From Eledone cirrhosa (taxonomy: Eukaryota): a stretch of 64,000 bases of DNA. Shown one piece after another: positions 37,601-47,900 of the stretch; the first letter of the stretch is position 1, and each line of letters begins with the position of its first letter. The translations under genes were made by a program, and so were the position numbers. Location of the stretch: NCBI GenBank assembly GCA_964016885.1, contig OZ024741.1, forward strand, positions 342,240,001 to 342,304,000, read 5' to 3'. A model generated the notes under the pieces. The model made no database searches. It saw nothing but the letters and a program-made list of their open reading frames with translations, and was not told the origin of the DNA.

Positions 37601-38578
37601 CCTACACGATCTCATTTGTTTCGGCCTGGATGTTGTGGGACCAACATAACTTTACATTGAAAGGGGCGGTGTGGATGGGGTGGAGGTGGTGGGACGGGGT
37701 GGGGGGGTATTTTGATAGAGATGCCTACTGACTGTAGTAGGTTTTTACTTTGTATTTAGGTAAGGCGGGTCTTCTCTATTACTGAGTACCGCCAAAGGTC
37801 TCGGTCCAGTGACATCGTCTTGGAGAGGTGTAAGCGTGTGAGGTCGGAATTTCTCAGCTCGTCCCATATTTTTCTGGGTCTGCCTACTCCGTGGCTACCG
37901 TCTATCTTTATTGCCCTGCACTTTGTTATACAGCTGTCGTCTTTCATGCGCATCACGTGACCGTACCAACGTAGCCTTCTCTCGAGTAAACAACATCGGA
38001 TCCCTCTTATTTCTAATTTTTCCTTAGTTCGTTTATGCTTTGCCGTTCACGTATATTACTATTGCACATCCAGCGGAGCATGCAAGCTTCGTTCCTCTCT
38101 AGTCTGCGTATATCCTCTGCACACAATGCCCAGGTCTCACTGCCATGCAGCATTGCTGTTCGTATGCAGGCATCGTATAACCTGCCTTTCATTTTTAGGG
38201 AGAACCCTCTAGCGGCTAATAGTGGTATAAGCTCTCTGAACTTTTTCCATCCAGTTCTGACTCTAGCTACTGTACTTTCAGAGCACCCTCCCCCACTGCT
38301 GATTTTGTCACCCAGGTAACGGAAGCTGTCCACTATTTCTATAGAACCCTCTGCGCAGTTGAAGGAGCTAGTATTTGTGGGCACTTGCTGCTACTTATTG
38401 CACCAGAGCACCGGCCACATGTAAAATCTATGTTCTTAGTTAGCTTACCTGTGATCCCACTACATCTTTTATGCACCCATACTTTGCATTTGGGACATAA
38501 AATGGAGTTTCTACCTACGCCTTTCCTACACACTGAGCATGGCCATTTCCCAGATGGGACTGCCGCCTTATTTTCTTT

Positions 38579-38616
<38 letters not shown>

Positions 38617-38679
38617 TATATATATATTATATATATTATATATATATTATATATATTATATATATATATATATATATTA

Positions 38680-38764
<85 letters not shown>

Positions 38765-38864
38765 ATATATTATATATATATTATATATATTATATATATA
38801 TTATATATATTATATATATTATATATATATTATATATATTATATTATATATATATTATATATAT

Positions 38865-38895
<31 letters not shown>

Positions 38896-38905
38896 ATATA
38901 TATAT

Positions 38906-38937
<32 letters not shown>

Positions 38938-38948
38938 ATATTATATAT

Positions 38949-38980
<32 letters not shown>

Positions 38981-41900
38981 ATATTATATATGTATTATAT
39001 ATATATTATATATATATTATATATATATATCTATTTAAAAGGTAAACAAATAACAACACAATTGGTACAGTATATGGAAAGTATATATTAGGTTAACGCT
39101 TGATATAGCAGGAAGACGGTATATATAATATATATATATGATAATGATGATATATATATATATATACTTTCTAAATGGCCTCTTTTGTATTCAACAGTTT
39201 CAATTGAATGAATTCGGCATAATGGAAATAGTAAAAGACAATGATTTAGAGTGTGTTGAGACGATGGAGACTAGCAGTGATCCAGGCAGTGCTGAGAGTA
39301 CTTATACAGACACTAGCAGCAAACCAGATTCCAGTACAACGAATCTTGAGTGTAATGGTAGGTTATTCTGTAAGATTTTTATTATTGTTAATAATGCTGC
39401 TGTCTTTGATTGTGGTACAAGAGTCGCACAGTTCACTCTCTGGTGGTCATGCTGGCAACATGGCAAAAAAAAACTCCCACACTACTTTGTAAGGTGGTTA
39501 TGCTGGTGACATGACAAAAAAACACCCGGTCCACCTTGTGAAGTGGTTGTGTTGGCGACATGAAAAAAGGCATCCAGTCCATCCTGTAAGGTGGTCGTGC
39601 TGATGACTCAACAAAAAGAACTGGGTTCACCCTGTAAGGTGGTTATTCAGGTGAAATTACAAAAAGCACCCAGCTCACTATGTAAGGTGGTCATGCAGGT
39701 GACATGACAAAAAGTATCCAGTCCACTGTGTAAGGAGGTCGTGCTGGTGACATGCAAAAAGTGCCCAGTCTACTGTGTAAGGTAGTTTGTACTGGTGATA
39801 TGACAAAAAGTACCCAGTCACTGTGTAAGGTGGTCGTGCTGGTGACATGACAAAAAGTGCCCAGTCCACTATGTAAGGTGGTCATACTGGCTCCATGACA
39901 AAAAGTGCCCAGTCCATTATGTAAGGTGGTTGTGTTGGTGACATGACAAAAAAGCACCCAGTCCACCCTGTATAGAGGTTGTGCTCACTTTCTCTCTATC
40001 TCTCCTTCTTTGGAAGAAATTAGCTGTGTTTTGAACTTGTAGAGGTATGAGCTCCATCAGGTTTAAATTGTCCAAGACACTCCATATTAGGACAGTGCCC
40101 TTCTGACTCCATTAAGAGTTAAGAGCCTTTTTTGTTTTTTATGCAGTATAGACTAGTTGAGTAGTGTTATGACTAAACAAATTGCAACATCTTGAAGCTC
40201 ACAATATGTCTATTTTTGTTATATTGTGTATCTTCATCATCATCATCATCATCATCAGGTTTAGCGTCTGTGTTCCACGCTTGCATGGGTTTGGACGGGG
40301 GTTTTCCCACTTGAGGCAAGAGTGGTTGTCTTGCTCGCATAGGACTGTCTGGCGGGTTTTCTACAGTTGGATGCCCTTCCTAACACCAACCACATTTACA
40401 GTGTGGGGCTGGGAGGTTTTTACCGTGTTGCCTACACGGCCACATTACAGCGTGGACTGTCTGGCGGGTTTTCTACAGCTGGATGCCCTTCCTAACACCA
40501 ACCACATTTACAGTGTGGGGCTGGGAGGTTTTTACCGTGTTGCCTACACGGCCACATTTACAGCGTGGACTGTGTGTTTTTTGTCGTGACACCTACACGA
40601 TCTCATTTGTTTCGGCCTGGATGTTGTGGGACCAACATAACTTTACATTGAAAGGGGCGGTGTGGATGGGGTGGAGGTGGTGGGATGGGGGTGTGTTTTG
40701 ATAGAGATGCCTACTGACTGTAGTAGGTTTTTACTTTGTATTTAGGTAAGGCGGGTCTTCTCTATTACTGAGTACCGCCAAAGGTCTCGGTCCAGTGACA
40801 TTGTCTTGGAGAGGTGTAAGCGTGTGAGGTCGGAATTTATCAGCTCGTCCCATGTTTTTCTGGGTCTGCCTACTCCGTGGCTACCGTCTATCTTTATTGC
40901 CCTGCACTTTGTTATACAGCTGTCGTCTTTCATGCGCATCACGTGACCATACCAACGTAGCCTTCTCTCGAGTAAACAACATCGGATCCCTCTTATTTCT
41001 AATTTTTTCCTTAGTTCGTTTATGCTTTGCCGTTCACGTATATTACTATTGCACATCCAGCGGAGCATGCAAGCTTCGTTCCTCTCTAGTCTGCGTATAT
41101 CCTCTGCACACAATGCCCAGGTCTCACTGCCATGCAGCATTGCTGTTCGTATGCAGGCATCGTATAACCTGCCTTTCATTTTTAGGGAGAACCCTCTAGC
41201 GGCTAATAGTGGTATAAGCTCTCTGAACTTTTTCCATCCAGTTCTGACTCTAGCTACTGTACTTTCAGAGCACCCTCCCCCACTGCTGATTTTGTCACCC
41301 AGGTAACGGAAGCTGTCCACTATTTCTATAGAACCCTCTGCGCAGTTGAAGGAGCTAGTATTTGTGGGCACTTGCTGCTACTTATTGCACCAGAGCACCG
41401 GCCACATGTAAAATCTATGTTCTGTTGTGGTTGTTCTTATTGTGAAGTTGTAGTCGACAGTGTTTCAGCAAACCCCTATACAATATGGCTTAGTGGTTAG
41501 AGTGCTTGACTAACTATTGTAAGGTCATGAGTTCGATTCTTTCCCTATGGTGTGTTGTATCTTTGAGCAAGCCATTTTGTTTCATGTTGCTCCAGTTCAC
41601 TCAATTGGCAAAAATGAGTCTCATCATCATCATCATCATTTTACGTCCACTTTTCCCTGCTTGCAAGGGTGGGACGGGAACTGATTCTGGCTTGATTTCT
41701 ACAGCTGGATGCCCTACCTAACACCAACCTCATTTACAGTGTGGGCTGGGTGCTTTTTTTCCGTGGCACCTCCACAACCACTTTGCAGTGGAATGATATG
41801 GACCCCAGTCCTATCATCTCATTTCTACAGCTGAGTAAATTGGAGCAATGTGAAATAAAGTGTCTTGCTCAAGGAAACAACACATCACCCAGTCTGAGAA

Positions 41901-44900
41901 TTGAACTCACAACCTTTCGATTGCAAGGCCAATGCTCTAACCACTAAGCTATGTGCCTCCAGTTTGTACTTGTAATTCAAAAGATCAGCCTTATCACATG
42001 CTGTGTCATGCTCAGTCTCCCTGAGAACTACTTTAAGGATACACTTGTCTGTGAAATGCTCAGCCACTTGCATGTTAATTTCATAAGCAAGCAGTTCTGT
42101 TGGTCAAACAACTGGGCACTTGTCAGAAACGACTGAGGTCCAACACATACACATATATAGCAAGAAATATATACGTCTCCAGTCTGTTAAATAACATTTT
42201 ATTGTTGTTAGTCTTAGTTAACTATTTAGCATTTACATTTCTCTATATTTACTATTGTATTTCATGGTAAAGGCTTTATCTCACATAATATAAAATCTAT
42301 GAGATTTTGATATTATTTATTCTGAGAATAATAACTTAACATCAATATTAACAGCCAGTTATGGCTGGTTTGAACAGAAAAATGTGAGAGAATTCTCGCT
42401 GGATAAGGCTGGTTTAAATGTTAAAGGGTTTAATCTCTTAATATAAGGAATACAACTTAGTAATGGAGCATGAATATGTTCATCATCATCATCATTTAAT
42501 GTCTTTTCTGTTCTTGCATGGGTTAGATGGGTTGTCACATTATGGGGCCCGACAAGTCACGTAAACATGTCTAGTTTATAAGGTCTGATTTTGGCTTGGT
42601 TTTCTACAGTTGAATGCCCTTCCTAACACCAACCACATTACAGGGTTGATTATGAACTTTTTGATATGACACCAGTGCATCCACCTTACTAGGTGGACTG
42701 TGCGCTTAGTTGTTGTAGCACCAGCACAACTGCCTTACAGGATGGGCTGGGTGATTTTTGTCATAACACCAGTATGACCATCTTACAGGGTGGACTGGGT
42801 GCTTTTCATCATGGCACCAGTATGATCATCTTACAGGGTGGGCTGGGTGTTTTTACTTATGGCAATATATTTGTGATAATTTCCAGTCTTGTACAGCTGG
42901 TATCTGATTTTTATACATTTGTATTATTGGTTATAAAATGTATTCGATTTTAAGACTATTTTATTTTTATTCTCTCTAGATTTGAGTAAATGCTCAAGGA
43001 AAGATGGCAGTGAGAATTGCCAGTGTTCAAACTGTAAATAGTAAGTATTTCATAACAGACTCTGAGAAGAGTTTGTACTTCCTAAGTAAATGAAACTTTG
43101 CAAAATGTTATGGAAAAGAAAAGTATATTTTCCTTTAGAAGCAGAAGCAAAAGTACACAAAAGTCTGGATTTGTATAAAGGCAAGCATAATCCAGTTGGA
43201 GTTTTCTTCTTTTTTTTTAAAATTGTGATTGACCAATAAATGTATGGTTAGAACAGTGATAATACAGTGATACCTCGCAGCACGAGTTTAATTCGTTCCA
43301 TGACTGAGTTTGTTTTACGATTTATTCGTTTTAGAAATCAATTTTCCCTATTGAAATTAATTAAAATATAAATAATCTGTTCCAGCCCCACCAAAAAAAT
43401 CAATTTTTATGGGTTTTAAAACAGAAAAGGTGGAGTTACAAGGAAAATTACAATTATAAAAACATAATAAAAGAGAATGCAAAGAAATATGTAAACTGGT
43501 TTTATTAATTGTATGAAACTCGCTTGTACTGCAAATTTCCACTCATACTACAATACAAAAATATGCATGATCCTTGGCTCGTACAGCAAATTACTCATAC
43601 AATTACTCAGACCGGGTGATGTGTTGTTTCCTTGAGCAAGACACTTTATTTCACGTTGCTCCAGTTTACTCAGCTGTAGAAATGAGATGATAGGGACTGC
43701 GGTCCCTATCATTCCACTGTAAAGTGGTCGTGGAGGTGCCACGACAAAAAAAGCACCCAGCACTCACTGTAAATGAGGTTGGTGTTAGGAAGGGCATCCA
43801 GCTGTAGAAATCAAGCCAGAATCAGTTCCCGTCCCACCCTTGCAAGCAGGGAAAAAGCGGACGTAAAATGAAATGATGATGAATGGGGCACTTGTACTGT
43901 GAGGTTCGACTGTATAAGAATTTCTAAGAAGTTGAAAACTTTAAAGCTGGAAAAATGGTAACCCTCCCCCCCAAAAAAAACCTATCCAAATAAAACACTT
44001 TTTATATATTATAGAAATGTCTTTTTTTAAAATTGCTTTATTTAATTTCTTAACAGCAAAATACTCAAACGCTCCATATCAGATAAGGATGAATGTTTAG
44101 AGAGGAAGAAGAAAAGAAAGCTGGTTCTGAATCAGGGCAGCGTATGCGATAACACTAAGCAAGCTGTCACCAAGTGTGACAACAATTGCAAACAGCCGGT
44201 TGTTGTGAAGCAAGAGAAAATTGAGGAAGATATCAAGAAGCCTATCACTGCCGTAACTGGTATGTCTTACCCTTTTTGATACCAACCTACCCAAAACTCC
44301 CTCTGGTTTTATGAAACAAAGCTCTCCATTATAACCCTTTCAGTACCAACCTACCCAAAACTGCTTCTAGTATTATAATAATAATGAAAATTATTGTGTA
44401 CAGTGCTCAGGTGCACTACAACTCATCAAACGTGCATGTATAGTACATAGAATAATGTACAAATGTCAGGAAAGTAAAGTGTTTGAGTCATGATATACAC
44501 ACAGATACACGCGTGCGTGTGTATGGAGGGGGAATATCAGGTGTAGTATTGGTGAATTTCAGGAAGCATGGAAGTTTTAAAGGATGTAGTGTCTGAATGA
44601 CTAACAACCAATTCTGTTAGTTTGTTCCATGTTTCAGCAACTCTGAGCGTGAAAAAATGTTTCCGAAAGTCATGGGAGCTGTGCTGTTTTCTGACTTTGT
44701 AGGCATGCCCATGGGTGTTAGACACATGGAATTCAAAAAGTGCTCAGGGCTGGTGTTGGCAAGAAGGTTAATAATTGTTTTATGAAACAAAGCTCTCCAT
44801 TATAATAGCCATTTCAGTATCAACCTACCCAAAACTACCTCTAGTTTTATGAAACAAAGCTCTCCATTATAATAACCTTTTCATTACCAACCCTCATGAG

Positions 44901-47900
44901 ACTTATGATTCTATGATATAAATCTTTCATTTTACATAGTCTATATTTAAATTAAAACTTTCCATCATAATTTTATGTAAGAACCTTTTGCTATTATTAA
45001 ACTTATCGTTGGAACATAATTAAGTTATTTTATTAAATCCTTCTAATATTTTGATTATTTTCAAAATTCATTGAAACACTTATAGAGCATAGAGTTCAAT
45101 TGACAAGATTCCAGACCTCATTTGTTTACCAAGTGAGGGTGAAACTCGTTTTCACCAAAGAATCAATGTTTTCATTGGTCTTTCCATTGCTGATACTATC
45201 TACCAGTCACAACTTCTGGCAGAATTGAAGCATTTAGGTTGTGTATTTTATTAGAAATATGATAATAAAAAGGCTAAAGTGTTCCTATTCAAATGAACTT
45301 CTCCTAACATTTGTTATGTTACATATACTACCTTAATAATGAAATAATTCATAATTTTAGCAAATCCTTCCAAATTTTTCTTTCAGTATATTTCATTATA
45401 AATATGGGGATTAAAAGGGTGAAAAGGATCCTATTTAAATTAAAACCTCCTAACATAATTTGATATGATGGTCTTGTAACTCCTGATGGAGTTGCTAGGG
45501 TGTCATAGTGGCATATAGCATTTCTTGGGCATGTTAAGCCTGGCAGAGCCAGGTCTGAACACAGCCAATTTCTTTCAGAGAAGGATAGAAAATTAGAAAG
45601 AGATACAGAGGAAGAATTGACCCCAATATTAGTCTGGTACTTTTTTTAATTGATCTTGAAAGGATGAAAGGCAAAGTTGACCTTGGTAGGATTTGAATTC
45701 AGAGAGTAGAGAGTCGAAACGAATATCACAAAGTACTCTGACATTCTAATAACTGCCAATTCGTCGTTTATAATTTGATATAAAAACCTTTAAAGTTATA
45801 TTACAAACACTATCTTGATAATGAAATAATGAATAATTTTAGTAAATCCTTCTAAATTCTTCATTAATTAATTCCAATACAGAATATCTCATGAGTAATA
45901 GGTTACCATATCTATGGAGGTCAGATATCAATTCAAGATTCAACTTGATTGTAATAATTCAGATGTCCAGTTATTCACCTCGCTGTGAACACCATTCCAA
46001 AATGGGTTGGGATGTAATTGCATCAGAGATAAATTCACCTCATGGTGGACAGTGTGTGTGACTAAACCAATGGAGGTACCTTCTGAATGGAAGCTATTGT
46101 AAGGAATTGATCCGGAATTTAAGGATGAATTACGAAGTTTGACACAAAATCTAAAGTCATCGTCTGGTTTAGCATCTTCTTTATTTGTCACAAGCATTGG
46201 ATGTAAAATCTAAAGCATGACCATATAGGATTTGGTGAATGCAACTCCAGTATATCGTTAAAATATGAGAATGAGCTAGACATGGTTACTTGACCTGATT
46301 TGTCTCATAATGTGACAACCTGTCTAACGCATTGCAGGCATGGAAAATAGACATTAAACACTGATGAAGATGACACAATGCTGGAGTAGGTGAAAATGAA
46401 TATATTGAAGTTTAACTCTTATCCTGTGCTCTATGAAACAGCATTAGCAAGACATTCTTGAAAAGTACAATACAGTATTATGATTGTATCACACAGAAAC
46501 TGAAAGCGCTTACTCTAATACTGTAAATTTTTATAATGACCTCGCTCTCAGTAAAGACATTATAAACTTTTCAATTGATGGACTTTGTTTTTTTAATACA
46601 TTTTCTACTAAATCATTATAGGATGTTAAGAGATAAACTGCTAAGTTTAAGTTCACATCATTAGAAAGAGAAATGTGTGGGTAAGAGAACACAAAATCTT
46701 TGGCTAAACTACTGAACATTTTCTGTTCCTTTTATCTTGCCAGAAAGTTGATACAAATCCATTTTGGGTGAGGGACAATACAGTTGTATAGTTTTGAACT
46801 AATTATCAATTGATATATATGTTCTGTGGTGGTGTTACAGTGCTGAGAGCTTATCCTCTCACCTGAGAATAACTGGTACTTTTTTATGATAAATATATGA
46901 ATATGATCTTTATCATTTCATGTATGTTTTATTTTTATTATTTCAGCTGGAAAAAAATCTAAAGTCTTTACCTGGGCTCAGTATTTGGATCAAGAGAATG
47001 CCGTTGGGGCACCAACCAAACTTTTTAAAGAGGTAACCTTTTGAAGTGATTTAACAACATTCATATTTATGGAATCTTTCTACCACTGATAACAACTGTT
47101 TTAGGGCCACCCTCCTAACTAAAGTAAGGGTTAGCTTTGCACAGGGTGGTACATGACAAGTTTCTCCGTTTTCCATTATCATCAGCATTCCCCTCCACCA
47201 ACTCACTGGCTTCATTTCTTCCTTCATCATTTTTAGCTTCTCTAGTGTTAGTGCTGCAAAAAATGCACCCAGTACCCTCTGTAAGGTGGTTGGTGATAGG
47301 AAAGGCACCTCACTGTAGAAACCATGCCAAAAGGGTTGAGAGGATCCTTCAGTTGTACAAGGACATGACAGCCTTCCTAGTGTTGGTGGTCTACATGATA
47401 AATACATTTAGTACATGCTGTAAAGTGGTTGGTGATAGGGAGGACATCCAGATTTAGAAAGCTTGCCAAACAAAGGGTTAGGAGGACCCTTCAGTTTTGT
47501 CAAGAACATGACATCTTCATTAGTGCTGGTGCCACAATAAAATGTAGTCGGTAGAGTGTAAAACTATATGTAAACAAGATGCAGATGCTCTGGCCTGTCT
47601 AAGAATTCAGTAGACTTGCTTCAGTACTGATTTGGTCTGTGAAGACGACTAGCAAGGAATGTGAATGTTGAATGATGATGATTATGATGATTGCATTCTT
47701 TTTTTCTGTTTATTTAGAATATATTCAGTGTTTTCTTTTTTTCCATCCTTCCTAGCCCTTTCCTGTATTAAAGAATGGTTTCAAGATTGGTATGAAGCTG
47801 GAAGGCATCGATCCAAAGCATCAGTCTCTTTACTGCGTCCTTAGTGTTGCTGAGGTGAGAGGGTTCCGTATTCGGTTACACTTCGATGGTTATTCAGAAT

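Noticed and set aside
39430-39985. CRISPR-like look of the 45-bp array (also the 63-bp array at 31231-31490)
   Set aside because: Head-to-tail units without unique spacers, no cas genes, eukaryotic intron
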